Assembly: GCF_001194135.2 (NCBI RefSeq)
Contig: NC_068990.1
Location: 16,978,324 to 17,042,323 of the forward strand
Direction of reading: 5' to 3'
From: Octopus bimaculoides
Taxonomy: Eukaryota
DNA length: 64,000 nucleotides
Shown here: positions 1 through 13,099 of the stretch, in pieces
How the letters are laid out: every line of letters starts with the position of its first letter
Numbering within the stretch: the stretch's first letter is position 1
The notes under the pieces: model-generated
Database searches by the model: none
What the model was told of the DNA's origin: nothing
Seen by the model: only the letters and a program-made list of their open reading frames with translations
Translations under genes and position numbers: made by a program

Positions 1-168
1 TCCATCTTCCTTTTCTCTTGGACTTTCCTCCGTCTCCTGTTTCTGAAGAAGAGCTCTGCTTGAAACGTAAAATTACTTTTCTTAACCTCACTGAGCGTCT
101 GCTAATACTTTGCATTTACCATGTCCTTGTGTTGTTGTTTTTTTCTTGTTGTGCTTGTTCTTTTTTTG

Positions 169-220
<52 letters not shown>

Positions 221-222
<2 letters not shown>

Positions 223-405
223 CATCATCATTTAATGTCTGTGTTCCACGCTAGAATGGGTGGGATGGTACCACAAGAGCCAGCCAAGTCGAAGCCTGCA
301 CCTGAACCCTGTGGCTGTTTTGGCAGGATTTTTACAGCTGGATGCCCTTCCTAAAACCAACCACTCAGTAGATTGGACTTAATGCTTTTTGTATGGCACA
401 AGCAA
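221..405 (-). mobile_element. Family A retroposon fragment ((GAT)n-tailed; SINE or LINE 3' end)
   Basis: Reverse complement of the 555-841 copy: ATCATCATCATTTAATGTC...CAGCTGGATGCCCTTCCTAA. Confidence 0.8.
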
Positions 406-554
406 AGGTGTGGCACAAGTACAAGCACATGACACTATAACTGTATGCAGGGGTGTGTATACGTATAACCAGTTAAGTATTCCACCCGGGAGGGATTGAT
501 GGTGGATATGTTGAAACAATTGTATCAACACATTCTCGTATCTTCCATCTTCCA

Positions 555-805
555 GTGCCGCTGGACTGGCTCCTGTGCAGATGGCACATAAAATACACCA
601 TTTCAAGCGTGGCCGTTGCCAGTATCGCCTGACTGGCCCTCATGCCGGTGGCACGTAAAAGTACTCACTACACTCTCGGAGTGGTTGGCGTTAGGAAGGG
701 AATCCAGCTGTAGAAACTTTGCCAGATCAGATTGGAGCCTGGTGTAGCCACCAGTCATCAGTCAAATCGTTCAACTCATGCTAGCATGGAAAGCGGACGT
801 TAACC

Positions 806-840
<35 letters not shown>

Positions 841-841
841 C
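555..841 (+). mobile_element. Family A retroposon with (GAT)n tail
   Basis: GGTGGCACGTAAAA...AGGAAGGGAATCCAGCTGTAGAAAC...CATGCTAGCATGGAAAGCGGACGTTAA then (GAT)n; internal imperfect direct repeat 565-600/631-667; recurs at 6250, 10432, 59555. Confidence 0.85.
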
Positions 842-862
842 TGAAACAAGTAAAGAATAAAA

Positions 863-920
<58 letters not shown>

Positions 921-1490
921 GTGTGTATGCATGTGTAGGTATGTATATATATCATCATCATCATCATCTATATATATATATATATGTCAGTGTGCGTACA
1001 TATGTGTGTGCATTACTTTAGCACTCTCCAGCTCAAAAGAAGAAGGAACAACAAAAAAGAAAAACAACAAAAGTAAAACCCATAAAAAACAAAGACTAAA
1101 GGAATTACTCGGTTAATTAGAAAAGCATAAGGCCGGAGACAAGAAGCAAATTTTCAGCTAACCATGACGATTTAGGGCTGGCAATTACCTACATTTTGAT
1201 TGTGCGGCATTACATACTGGAGGATACCAACAGATGTTCAGGCTGTTATCAGTCAATAGATGAATCACATGAAGTTTGTGTCAGGTACACAGTCTCTTTT
1301 TTTATTATTGTACAAAAACAAAATATTATATCGTTTGTCTTTATATTTACCTGTATATAAACACACACACAGACATAGAGATACATGTACACACATAAAT
1401 ACTTACATATACATACATATGTAGACATACATATATACACATACATATACACACATACATATACATACAAATATATATATATATATATAT

Positions 1491-1529
<39 letters not shown>

Positions 1530-2110
1530 ATCGTGTGTTTCAAAAGATTAATTGAAAGCATTCACACACACTAGTAAAAAACATCTTTCAAAAAGTTAGT
1601 AATATACTGGTAAAAGATTTTATAACTTTTTTTTCAAATAATTGTCAAAAGACCCATTATACTCAAAAGCTCTATTCAGTTATTTTCAGAAAGATTTTCA
1701 TAATATNNNNNNNNNNNNNNNNNNNNNNNNNNNNNNNNNNNNNNNNNNNNNNNNNNNNNNNNNNNNNNNNNNNNNNNNNNNNNNNNNNNNNNNNNNNNNN
1801 NNNNNNNNNNNNNNNNNNNNNNNNNNNNNNNNNNNNNNNNNNNNNNNNNNNNNNNNNNNNNNNNNNNNNNNNNNNNNNNNNNNNNNNNNNNNNNNNNNNN
1901 NNNNNNNNNNNNNNNNNNNNNNNNNNNNNNNNNNNNNNNNNNNNNNNNNNNNNNNNNNNNNNNNNNNNNNNNNNNNNNNNNNNNNNNNNNNNNNNNNNNN
2001 NNNNNNNNNNNNNNNNNNNNNNNNNNNNNNNNNNNNNNNNNNNNNNNNNNNNNNNNNNNNNNNNNNNNNNNNNNNNNNNNNNATATATATATATATATAT
2101 ATACACACAC

Positions 2111-2800
2111 ACTTTGTTACTTTGTTAGGTTTAGGCCAGTAGTGGCCCAGGACATGTCTAACTTAATAGCACTACTTGGCAAAGTATTTCAAATCAGGAA
2201 TCAGACAACATGGCCCACTCGAGGAGAGAGTTTTTGTTTGCGGAGATATATCTGGGTGTTGAAGGTTTATCTGAGATTTTTTGAAGGAATTTGTCCAAAG
2301 ACTTCTTGGACTTTATGGGATCTGTTCCTGCTTTAATGTGTTTTGGTGTAATGCTAAAGAGAGCAAGACCAATAGAGGTGAAATAATTGTGCCGTATTGT
2401 TGTTATGTAATGTGATTATGATTTTCATTGGGCATGGATAGCACAGGGTCCAAGTCTTGGGTGTATCTTAAAGGTGATGTCAACATCATTTGGGCAATGC
2501 TGATGGAATATTTTCAACATCATGCAGATGATGTAGTGCTGATGGTGGCATTGGAAAGAATAAAGCTTGAACTTTTCTAGCCAACTCCAATAGTCAAGGC
2601 TTGTCATGTTATCTATCTTCTTTGTAATTGACCTTTGAGGTGCTTCAATTTTCATGATACTTTGTTTCATGTGGGGAGACCACAGTGGACAACAGTATTC
2701 AAGGTGGGGTCGGGCAAAAGTAGAGAAAGAGAAGAAGAATGGTGAGGATATCTCTCGACTGTAAAGTTCTGAGAATCCAGGAACACATTCTGTGGGCCAT
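2111..2800 (-). pseudogene. Decayed CR1-clade LINE 3' end (ORF2 C-terminus, 3' UTR, short tandem tail)
   Basis: Minus strand reads WILRT..(frameshift)..ARPHLEYCCPLWSPHMKQSIMKIEAPQRSITKKI, continuing in frame past two stops to SLDKFLQKISDKP...NKNSLLEW*(stop 2194-2196); ends CCTAAACCTAACAAAGTAACAAAGT; upstream part lost in the 2801-3316 gap. Confidence 0.9.
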
Positions 2801-3335
2801 NNNNNNNNNNNNNNNNNNNNNNNNNNNNNNNNNNNNNNNNNNNNNNNNNNNNNNNNNNNNNNNNNNNNNNNNNNNNNNNNNNNNNNNNNNNNNNNNNNNN
2901 NNNNNNNNNNNNNNNNNNNNNNNNNNNNNNNNNNNNNNNNNNNNNNNNNNNNNNNNNNNNNNNNNNNNNNNNNNNNNNNNNNNNNNNNNNNNNNNNNNNN
3001 NNNNNNNNNNNNNNNNNNNNNNNNNNNNNNNNNNNNNNNNNNNNNNNNNNNNNNNNNNNNNNNNNNNNNNNNNNNNNNNNNNNNNNNNNNNNNNNNNNNN
3101 NNNNNNNNNNNNNNNNNNNNNNNNNNNNNNNNNNNNNNNNNNNNNNNNNNNNNNNNNNNNNNNNNNNNNNNNNNNNNNNNNNNNNNNNNNNNNNNNNNNN
3201 NNNNNNNNNNNNNNNNNNNNNNNNNNNNNNNNNNNNNNNNNNNNNNNNNNNNNNNNNNNNNNNNNNNNNNNNNNNNNNNNNNNNNNNNNNNNNNNNNNNN
3301 NNNNNNNNNNNNNNNNACACACACACACACAAATA

Positions 3336-3588
3336 TGGAGGCACGTGGCTTAATGGTTCAGGTGTTTAACTCAGGATTGTAAGATTGTAGTTTCAACTCC
3401 TGAACCGGGCAATGTGTTGTGTTCTTGAGCAAAGCACTTCATTTCACATAGTTCCAGGCCACTCAGCTGGCAAAAATGATTAATTATGTGGTGGGCCAGC
3501 ATCCTGTCCAGGTGAGCAATATATACACCATGGAACTGGAAAACCAGCCCTAATGAGTCAGTATGACTCAAGAAGGTAACTTTACTTT
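3336..3588 (+). mobile_element. tRNA-derived SINE, head H1 + tail T2
   Basis: A-box-like TGGCTTAATGG, B-box-like GTTTCAACTCC, CORE-like GTTCTTGAGCAAAGCACTT, then GCATCCTGTCCAGG and a (TAACTT/TACTT) tail. Confidence 0.75.
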
Positions 3589-4869
3589 ATACATATACAC
3601 AAATATATATATATATATATCTATATATCTATACTTACATACACATATACATATATATATTTTTTAATGGCACTCTGTTGGTTACAATGATGAGGTGCAT
3701 TGTGCTGTATTGAGAGGGGAGAAAACTCAAGCAATGACATGATTTGCCTTCAGTGTGCTAAAGGTTAAGTACATAAATGTTAGTATATTTTAGGCAGTCA
3801 GTATATTAACTCATTATATATATATATATTCTCTACCCTATCAACCAAAATCTACAAATCTAAAACATTATAAATATACTTCAAGTCTGAAAAAGTTTAA
3901 GGTTTACACAAATATTAATTGAAGAGTAAACTTATAGAACAGCAAGGATTCATCAAACTTTAGATGGAAAGGTCAGAAATCTGTTCGTGAATCTAACAGA
4001 ATCTACAGTGATGTAAAACATACATCAGCACTTGCACACGTGCACACAACCAGATTAGAGATATGTGCAGAAGCATGACACCTTTCAAACCAAACCATTA
4101 CACAAATACAAAAAGGGAGTTAATGATATACAAACAATTAATCTAGGTATACACGTTCATACACACAACACACACATACATTCCTCACTCCCACCCCGTC
4201 TCTCTTTCTCTTTCTTTAAGCACACATAGTCTCACACATGCAAATAAATGCATAAGTACTCAGCAACTGCACACAGTGAGAATTAGATGGGGACACACAC
4301 ACACACACACACAAACATTCACAAAAACATAACATTCAACTTCTTGGAAAATTTTCAGGTGATCTTTAGTTTTAGGTACAAATTCCTGTGATATGCTTCT
4401 GTAATAATGAAACCTAAAAGAAAGACCAAAGTGCATTTTTGTACTCTGAGAAAGAACAAAGTGTATTTTTGTACTTCGGGAAAGAAGAAAGTGTGTATTT
4501 TTGTACTTTGTTAATGAGATCAAAACAAATTGTCTTGGTCTCAATCCCATGAAAATACTTACCTAAAGCCATAAATTGCTGCTACAAATTATTAGAAAGT
4601 AGCTTGAAAGCCACCATATTGGGCAGCTTTTAAGCTAGCTTCTGTGGAGGGCTCTTCATTGGGCCTTAATCCCAATAATGACACTTCATGCATTGAGTAC
4701 ATATCAAATTTTATTAAACTTAACCAATATTTGTCAAACAATGAAAAATTTTCATCAAAACAATGATATAATTTGTCTATTTGGAACTTATTGCAAAGCT
4801 GCATGATAAACAATTTTTTGTCTTACCTTTTGGGGGTCAGTACAATTTTTTTTCTGTCTAACCTCTTTC

Positions 4870-4910
<41 letters not shown>

Positions 4911-4920
4911 TGATTGTTTT

Positions 4921-5195
4921 CAACCATCACCATCATCATTACCACCATCATCACCACAACTGCCATACACACACCATTCAGACTTCTCACACATCACCAT
5001 CAACACCTTTGACTTCGCCATCCTCCTCTCCACCAGCATCACCACTGTCTTTCATATTCCTTACTATCACCATCATGCTTGACGGCCTCAGCTACTACCA
5101 CCACCACCACCACCACCACCACCACCATCACCATTGCCTCTGCCTCTATCACAACTATAGCTTATACTATTACTATCATGCCATGACCATCTCAN
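4921..5195. repeat. Degenerate (CAC/CAT/TAC)n tract
   Basis: Direct reading; runs into N-gap. Confidence 0.85.
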
Positions 5196-6249
5196 NNNNN
5201 NNNNNNNNNNNNNNNNNNNNNNNNNNNNNNNNNNNNNNNNNNNNNNNNNNNNNNNNNNNNNNNNNNNNNNNNNNNNNNNNNNNNNNNNNNNNNNNNNNNN
5301 NNNNNNNNNNNNNNNNNNNNNNNNNNNNNNNNNNNNNNNNNNNNNNNNNNNNNNNNNNNNNNNNNNNNNNNNNNNNNNNNNNNNNNNNNNNNNNNNNNNN
5401 NNNNNNNNNNNNNNNNNNNNNNNNNNNNNNNNNNNNNNNNNNNNNNNNNNNNNNNNNNNNNNNNNNNNNNNNNNNNNNNNNNNNNNNNNNNNNNNNNNNN
5501 NNNNNNNNNNNNNNNNNNNNNNNNNNNNNNNNNNNNNNNNNNNNNNNNNNNNNNNNNNNNNNNNNNNNNNNNNNNNNNNTATATATATATATATATATAT
5601 ATATATTCTTTTATGTTTCAGTCATTTCGACTGTGGCCTTGCTGGAGCACCACCTTTTTAAATATATATATACATTTGTTTTCCATGTGAAGTTATATAC
5701 AAAAACAATTTTAATATTAAACCAAAGAATTACTCAAAACATTTTAGTAGAGTACATATTTTTACAAGGTAACCTTTCCTTCATAAATGTGAAGGGGTGG
5801 GGGCAGACAGGCAGATAGATCAGAAACTTCTGACATCCTCTGTGATCAAGTCAGTGAAATCTGAAGTTAGAGGTTCTTAATTTTCCAAGAAATATTTTTC
5901 TTTGATTTTTTTTAAAGTTATCTTCTAATGATTAATGTATTAAACATCTGCTTTAGTGAAAGGATAGACCAAAGTCTTAGTAGTTTTTGAAACCATCTGA
6001 AACAGCATCTGGAATTGATCTTTGTTCCCTTGTCTTCCTCATTTTATCCATCATTCACGGGCATCAAACATAGATATAATCACTCTAACACGGTTACATG
6101 CCAAAAATGCACATATATATTCTTCACACACACTCATATACATATTTGATATTTGCATGTATGTGTTTATGTTTATTTATATATGCATATGTGTAATGTG
6201 TGTGTGTATGCATATATATATATACATATATATATATATAAAATTATGT

Positions 6250-6396
6250 GTAGGAAGGGCATCCAGCTGTAGAAACTCTGCCAAATTAGATTGGAGCCTA
6301 GTGTTGCCATCCGGTTTCACCAGTCCTCAGTCAAATCGTCCAACCCATGCTAGCATGGAAGGCGGACGTTAAACGATGATGATGATGATGATGATA
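6250..6396 (+). mobile_element. Family A 3' fragment with (GAT)n tail
   Basis: AGGAAGGGCATCCAGCTGTAGAAACTCTGCC...GGACGTTAAACGATGATG. Confidence 0.85.
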
Positions 6397-6400
6397 TGTG

Positions 6401-6454
<54 letters not shown>

Positions 6455-7052
6455 CATACACATATATATATAAATATAACTATATGTGTATGTGTATATA
6501 TGTGTGTGTGGATATATTTATGAATATGTGCATATATGTGAATATGTGTGCGTTGTGTGTATATATCTGTTTATATACGTATGTATATATATCTGTGTGT
6601 GTGTGTGTCTGTATACATACACATAAAGTGCGCTATGTGTTGCTTGCTACACCTTATGCTCACAATTAATGCTCGTGAGGTTTTTTCCTTCAAACCAGTC
6701 CCCATTTCACCATTTTCGGCACCAATCAGGCTTCTGGTTACCTTCATTTCAATAATCAGACATGAACCGCTGGTGTTTTGGTGTTTACTCAAACAGATGG
6801 GATATATTTTTCTAAAAAATAGAAATGTTTATTTGGGAGTAAAGGAAATATGTAGAGTTACTTAAGAGGGCCACAGAGGGATGGCGGTTATCATCTTGCA
6901 GAATAAGAAGAAAATAAATTATCTCAGTGTGATATTCTAGCATTAAAGTTTGGAAAGGATCAAGTTTCAAGACAGTAATTTAATAATGATTCTATTGGGT
7001 GAATGAATTTTCATGAAAGTGTATCAAAGCTCACCTGCAGAACTGACTGACA

Positions 7053-7054
<2 letters not shown>

Positions 7055-7105
<51 letters not shown>
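7055..7105. repeat. (GA)n microsatellite
   Basis: Direct reading. Confidence 0.95.
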
Positions 7106-7106
<1 letters not shown>

Positions 7107-7127
7107 ATACACCACATTGTTGCTTGA

Positions 7128-7325
7128 TTTACTAGCAATAGCAACCAAATTTTCTTCAAATCACACATACACACAATACCAACTTGAAGAAATTAATGCA
7201 TTGGATAAGTTTGGGATCAGGATAAACATTGACTGAGAAAAGATGATGATTGTTAATTGGATGTCTTTAGTTATTATGGATCTTGCTTGAACTAGGCTGA
7301 GCTGAGACTAAACAATAACAACAAC
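7128..7325 (+). mobile_element. Family E interspersed repeat ((AAC)-tailed)
   Basis: CTAGCAATAGCAACCAAATTTTCTTCAAATCACAC...CTAAACAATAACAAC; related copies near 15555, 21112, 41578, 44722, 56278, 58780, 59385, 60243, 62265. Confidence 0.7.
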
Positions 7326-7348
7326 CACCACCACCAATAATAATAATA

Positions 7349-7404
<56 letters not shown>

Positions 7405-7414
7405 TAATAATAAA

Positions 7415-7982
7415 TGCCTGGATGCAGTACCAGGCAGTGGCTCTCATAGCTCCTGATCTTAATTGATTGGAAGTGTTATCATGTACATTGTCTTGTCTTG
7501 GTATAAAAGATGGGCTACAGCAAATATTCTGCTTAATACCACAGATTTGCTTGTCAGTTGTTTGACCTTAACCAGAGCATGTCCCTTAGTCGCTGACGAT
7601 ATGTGCATCTCTGATCATGAGTAGAAGTAGTGGGGGAGCATCATAGCCATGTGTTGAAAAGAATTCTTTGGGGCTTGAATAATTCACCTTTGGAAACATG
7701 GGTGTTTTGTTCATCATCCTTAAACAAACCTTATTTAGGGACCTTTTAAGTGGGATGGGCTTCTCAACCTCAAAAAAATTCTAACTGGGTCCCACCTGCA
7801 AGGTCATTGATTGTTTATCTTGATATGAAATCACCATGTTGTACACATGTGGTTGTGATGCATGTGGTTGTGATGCATGTGCCTGATGTACCCTTATCAG
7901 ATGGGTAGTCATGATGGGTATAATGGGCTTTGTATATTTGTACCTCAGTGTCACTTTGATGGCATGCACTGCTCTCTCATTC
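7415..7982 (+). mobile_element. About 570-bp element embedded in (AAT)n; likely 3' portion or non-autonomous derivative of an R4/Dong LINE
   Basis: Complex sequence flanked both sides by (AAT)n (7336-7413, 7983-8057); R4/Dong elements are known to target (TAA)n; 15-bp tandem duplication at 7846-7875; no ORF, so the clade is inferred. Confidence 0.6.
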
Positions 7983-8057
7983 AATAATAATAATAGTAAT
8001 AATAACAATAATAATAATAATTACGATAATAATGATAATGATAATAATAATAATAAT

Positions 8058-8170
8058 CCCGAAAGGATGAAAGGCAAAGTCGACCTTGGCGGAATTTGAA
8101 CTCAGAAAGTAAAGACAGACGAAATACCGCTAAGCATTTCCTGCTAACGTTTCTGCCAGCTCGCCGCCTT
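8058..8170 (-). mobile_element. Family B tRNA-SINE, 5' half
   Basis: Reverse complement of AAGGCGGCGAGCTGGCAGAAACGTTAG...GAGTTCAAATTCCGCCAAGGTCGACTTTGCCTTTCATCC. Confidence 0.85.
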
Positions 8171-8919
8171 ATTTTATAAAACATCGAATGGCTATGGAGG
8201 TCTATCTGAGTAAAATAGGAATGAAAGGTGTCCATTGGTAAAAAATCATTAAGAACCCTTGCTCTTAGTCGAAATTTAAGGCTAATGATTGGTATTTTGC
8301 ATTAATATTATTTAGAAGTAATAAATACTTTTCTTTTGAAAATTATTATTCATTTCATCATTTTTATATAAGCACCAAGAAATTTGATAAAAGTTTCATT
8401 ATTATTATTGATGTATGCCATATTTCCTGATATTACCTTTGATGGTAAAAGTATACTTCTAAAGTTATTTCTCACATGAGAAGTAAGACTCTAGTTACCA
8501 TACAAGGCTAATGCTGGTATTTCATTCACTTCCTGTTTCACTAACTGAATATAGAAGCCTTTGAAAGGTGTATTTCTTTGAGGTTTTGCTTTCTAACTCA
8601 GTTATGTTTTCTTTAATTGTTTAGATGAGATATAACAAACAATGTGTTCAAATAGCAAAACCAAATGAACAGATACATTCGTTTGTATATCATTCCATGC
8701 TGTCAGGAAGGGTGAAATGAAACCACAATATTCTATGAATTACAGAAACATTCTTAGAATTGCCTAAACAGAGTAGAAGAACAGGAGTAGATATTCATTG
8801 ATAGTTTTTGGTTGTCAAGGTGTAACTGAGATGTATTCACTAAATACATGACTGTGTGTGTATTACGTGCATGCGTGTGTCTATTATATGTATGTGTGTG
8901 TCATACAAGTGAGTATATA

Positions 8920-9035
8920 TTACCTTGCTTGGAGACAGGTAAGGGCTGGTGACAGGAAGGATATCCTGCTGCCAAAAAATTTGCCTCAACAAAAATCTTG
9001 TCTGATTCATGCAAAGATAGAAGATTGGATCTTAA
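8920..9035 (+). mobile_element. Family A' tail fragment
   Basis: CTTGCTTGGAGACAGGTAAGGGCTGGTGACAGGAAGG...AAATTTGCCTCAAC. Confidence 0.65.
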
Positions 9036-9398
9036 ATGTGTGTGTTTGTGTGAGTGCACATGTGTGTGTTTGTGCAGATTTGCCTGAGTTTACTCCTTCA
9101 AGGATAAGATTACATTACCAAACAATTTTTTCAAACTGTTTTTAAAAACATAAATAATTTGGTGATATAAATCATTATATTTTCTTTAAAGACAAATTCT
9201 CCTAATGGTGCTAATAAAAGTTTGTGTGTGCTGCCTGCATTAAATATGTTAACACTGTGAATACCAAATCACATTTTCCTCCCAGCAGACATATACAGAT
9301 AAAGCTGATGAGGTGTAAATAAATAACTTAATGAAACAAGTTTGAAATTGCCTCCTGCACTTTGTGAAATGGTTTAAAATAATATCAGTTAATAACTA

Positions 9399-9429
<31 letters not shown>

Positions 9430-9700
9430 CATTATTATTATTATTATTTTGTTTACAAGACAGTTAACATATTTGGTGATCTTGAGCTTTAAGTACATGT
9501 ATCTGCAGTACTGCTAATGAAATCAGAACAATCTGAGAAAATACAAAAATAGAATTGGGTATCCTGGGTAAGCAGAACAAATATGTAAATATTTAAAGGT
9601 CAATAAACTACATGAAATGGAAATTTATTAATTTAATATTTTCTTTGGTTAAATCTTTTCAAACTTCTAAGGGATGTTTCTAGTTTATTTTCGTTATTGT

Positions 9701-9880
9701 TAAGGCAGTAAGCTGGCCGAATCGTTAGCACACTGGGCAAAATACTAGGTCAACTTTGCTTTTCATCCTTTTGGGGTCAATAAAATAAGTACCAGTTGAG
9801 CACTGAGGTCAATATAATCGACCAGCCTCCTCCCCACAAATTTCAGGCCATGTACCATTAATAGAAAAAATTATTATTGT
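9701..9880 (+). mobile_element. Family B tRNA-SINE, internally deleted
   Basis: AAGGCAGTAAGCTGGCCGAATCGTTAGC...GGGGTCAATAAAATAAGTACCAGTTGAGCAC...AAATTTCAGGCC. Confidence 0.85.
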
Positions 9881-10215
9881 TGTTCTTGTTTGAGGGTTGG
9901 GTTATTTTTCTCATAATCTTTGGTTTACGACACAACCAACTTGTAGCATGTATATAGAAGTATGATTATTACGTTATTTGTAGGCTCTTGGATGTTACTT
10001 TAACAACTCTGCTGTTAAAGTAGAAACAAAATTGTTGCAATTAAAAAAGCTGAATATTTTGATAGATAAAAATGAAATACTAATGGGTTATTAAACAAAT
10101 TATTTAATAAGTGACTTTTAAGCATTTAAATATTCATTCCACTTACTTGAGATATCCAAGAGTATTTTTGTATTTTCCCACCGGAATGTTTATTTTCATT
10201 TTTAGCCCTGCAGAT

Positions 10216-10216
10216 A

Positions 10217-10284
<68 letters not shown>

Positions 10285-10294
10285 TCTATATACA

Positions 10295-10388
<94 letters not shown>

Positions 10389-10390
10389 AT
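10216..10390. repeat. Compound (TCTG)n(TCTA)n(TA)n(TG)n microsatellite
   Basis: Direct reading. Confidence 0.95.
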
Positions 10391-10431
10391 ACTAAAACTC
10401 AAAGTTTGTTTGTTTTCCTGCCATTTGATTA

Positions 10432-10632
10432 AGATCGTGCTGGTGGCACGTAAAAAGCACCCACTACACTCTCGAAGTAGCTGGCATTAGGAAGGGCATC
10501 CAGCTGTAGAAACCTTGCCAGATCAGATTGGAGTCTGGTGCAGCTTCCTAGCTTGCCAGTCCTCAGTCAAACCATTCATGCTCGCATGGAAAGTGGATGT
10601 TAAATGATGATGACGACAATGATGATGATGAT
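10432..10632 (+). mobile_element. Family A retroposon with (GAT)n tail
   Basis: GGTGGCACGTAAAAAGCACCCACTACACTCTCG...GGAAAGTGGATGTTAAATGATGATG. Confidence 0.85.
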
Positions 10633-12526
10633 AAAGATTACAAATAAAATAGTCATTTCCCCCTTTAAGAAAAAATAAATCAAGTTAAAAATATCAATAC
10701 TTTAAAGAATTGTGTCAGCTGCTGCCCTTCGTCCCTTTTACTTTCTTCCTTTTTTTTTCCCTTACTCATTTATACAACTTTCAGAGTGCTGTGGACTTGA
10801 ATGATAGAAATTCTTCCTATATTTTTATGAGATATTTTTGAATCACAGGTACCTGATATTCTTTTTTTTTTACTTAAAGGGGAAAATTACTATTTTATTT
10901 AAAACAAATATTAGTCTTTATCATCTTAATCAAAAGGCAAAAAAACAGACAGAGACTATCTCTTTATAAATGAAGACCAGTTGCAATGGGAGGTGCTGAA
11001 CCTCATAAGAATGGAAAAACAAATGGGTTGTACATTATAATGAAAGTCTTTTGAGAGCATTCAAATGCCACTGCAACAGTGAAAACATTCCCATTCTCTG
11101 TCACTCTTCTGACCCTTTTGTTCACTCTCACTTTCCTCTTACCCTTTCATTCCTCCTTTTCCATCTTGCTACTTTCACTTTGGTCATTGTGTTACTCTGT
11201 TTTATTACTCTCTCTCTCTCTCTCTGACTCTGGCTCTTATCCATAACTCTCTTCTATTAACCTTCTGCTCCAATCACTTTAGAATGTACTTAAACCCTAA
11301 GATCGACATTTAATTAATGCATGGAGCATTGAAAAAGCAAACACTGTCATTATGAACAGACAGCCATTTTTCTTCAAGCAGACATGTACAGCTAGATACT
11401 GATGGTGGGCAAATAAATAACTAAATGAATTAAGGGGAAAAAAATGAAAACTAATAAAAGAATATCAAAAAGAAACGGCGTAATCGGTAGCATGCTTCTT
11501 TAATCTTTCTAACAGAGTTTGATCTAGTACCAATTGCACCTTCAATCATTTTATCGTCGTTTGTTTACACTGAGGAGTACATATATATTTTAAATAAGGG
11601 AAAATCCTCTCGAATAAATCCTAATCTAAATGACCATATTTTTATGGTAGAAACAGATGATAAAGTAATCATTAATTTTGGTCTGTTATTTCACTTAGCT
11701 CTCTTGTGGTTAGGTTAGCATTTGGTGAACATTTCCCAGCAGTACAGTTCGAAATATAATATATTGCTTGTTGTGTTCAATGAGCAGTAAATTAACCTCG
11801 GAGGTTTTCCAGATAAACTAAGTTGTGGGAAAAGAAAAAAATTCAATTCATTAGGTATTTAATATATTGGGATTCAAAGTTCTTTCCGTAAGAACTTAAA
11901 AAAATTTTTTACGCTGATGTAGTTTTGTATGCCGACGACGAAAATCACAATCATTGTAATAAAAAAAAAGTTACAAGCATTTCAAATTATATAAATTTAT
12001 CCCATTGGAAGCTTCTGTGGAACAGCATTAATATTATCACCAACGTTTGTTGTTATCCACCTGTCGTCTATTTCCCGTTTCCTGCCCAGGTTCTTTAAAC
12101 AAGTGCAGGAAACTCTTCAACCGCGACTGTGGTTCAGTTTTTGACTGTGTGGTTGAAAGAACTAATTACAGTGTTTTTATGGGTAGTAGCACTACGGTTG
12201 TTGATTATGACAATTACTTACGTGAGGTACGTGCAGAGAATTCACTCTGTAAATCATGAAAATTGTGGCTTCTGCTGTGTCGTTTTATTATTAGTTTCTA
12301 GAGAATGTGATTTTTGTCAAAACCATGCAAAACTACATTAATGTCGAAAATTTGGAAAAATTCTGACATGTTCATTCACCCAGATGATCTTAATTTAGAA
12401 TATACCTAACTACGTCAAATAGGGGTATCTTCCTCCCTAAGAAGGAAATATATTTCTTATTTACTTTACAAACCTAGATTTGGAACAGAATATAAATCTT
12501 TTTAACATGCACTGCATCTTAGGTGA

Positions 12527-12945
12527 AGTTGTGAATCCAGGAATTGAGGGGAAAGGGTTAAGTCGATACCATAGAGCCCACTACTTAACTCATATATTTT
12601 ACTAACCCTGGAGGGATTAAAAACAAAGTTGACGTCAGTGAGATTTGAAATCAGAATATAAATAGTCGGTATGAAAACCGTAAAGTATTTTTTCCGACGT
12701 TCTAATGATTCTGCCAGCTCTCCACCTTAATAATGGGCTCTAATTTAGGCACAAGGCTAATAATTTTGATAGGAGGGAATTAGTCAATACCAGTGATGCC
12801 AATACGTGACTGATCCTTTATTTTACTGACCCCGAAGGGATGAAAAGACAAGTTGATCATAGAAGGGATTTGAACTCAAGACATAAAGACCTGGGGCAAA
12901 TGCTGCACAGTATTTTTTTCCATCACTTTAACAATTCTGCCAATC
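12527..12945 (-). mobile_element. Two tandem diverged family B SINEs
   Basis: Two GATTTGAA(A/C)TCA B-box reverse complements, each followed by TTCTGCCA(G/A) A-box remnants (12527-12728, 12729-12945). Confidence 0.75.
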
Positions 12946-13041
12946 CCACATGGAACCGAAACATATTTGGAGACTGTCATGCATTGACTGACAAGGCTTA
13001 AATAGTCATAAAAGGGCTCATACGCAGGTGTTCTACGATTG

Positions 13042-13099
13042 ATCACGTGACATGCTCATTGAGACTGGATACATTAGTTGTCCAATCGGATCACTTGAC
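13042..13099. promoter_or_regulatory. Candidate promoter motif cluster (E-box, CCAAT, degenerate E-box)
   Basis: ATCACGTGAC 13042-13051, CCAAT 13082-13086, ATCACTTGAC 13090-13099; GAG|GTAAGA donor at 13191. Confidence 0.3.

Noticed and set aside
4555-4564. ATACTTACCT resembling the U1 snRNA 5' end
   Set aside because: Only 10 nt match; simply the complement of a splice-donor-like sequence, and the adjacent ORF stops before it.
9305-9338. CTGATGAG...GAAAC hammerhead-like spacing
   Set aside because: Stem II does not pair.
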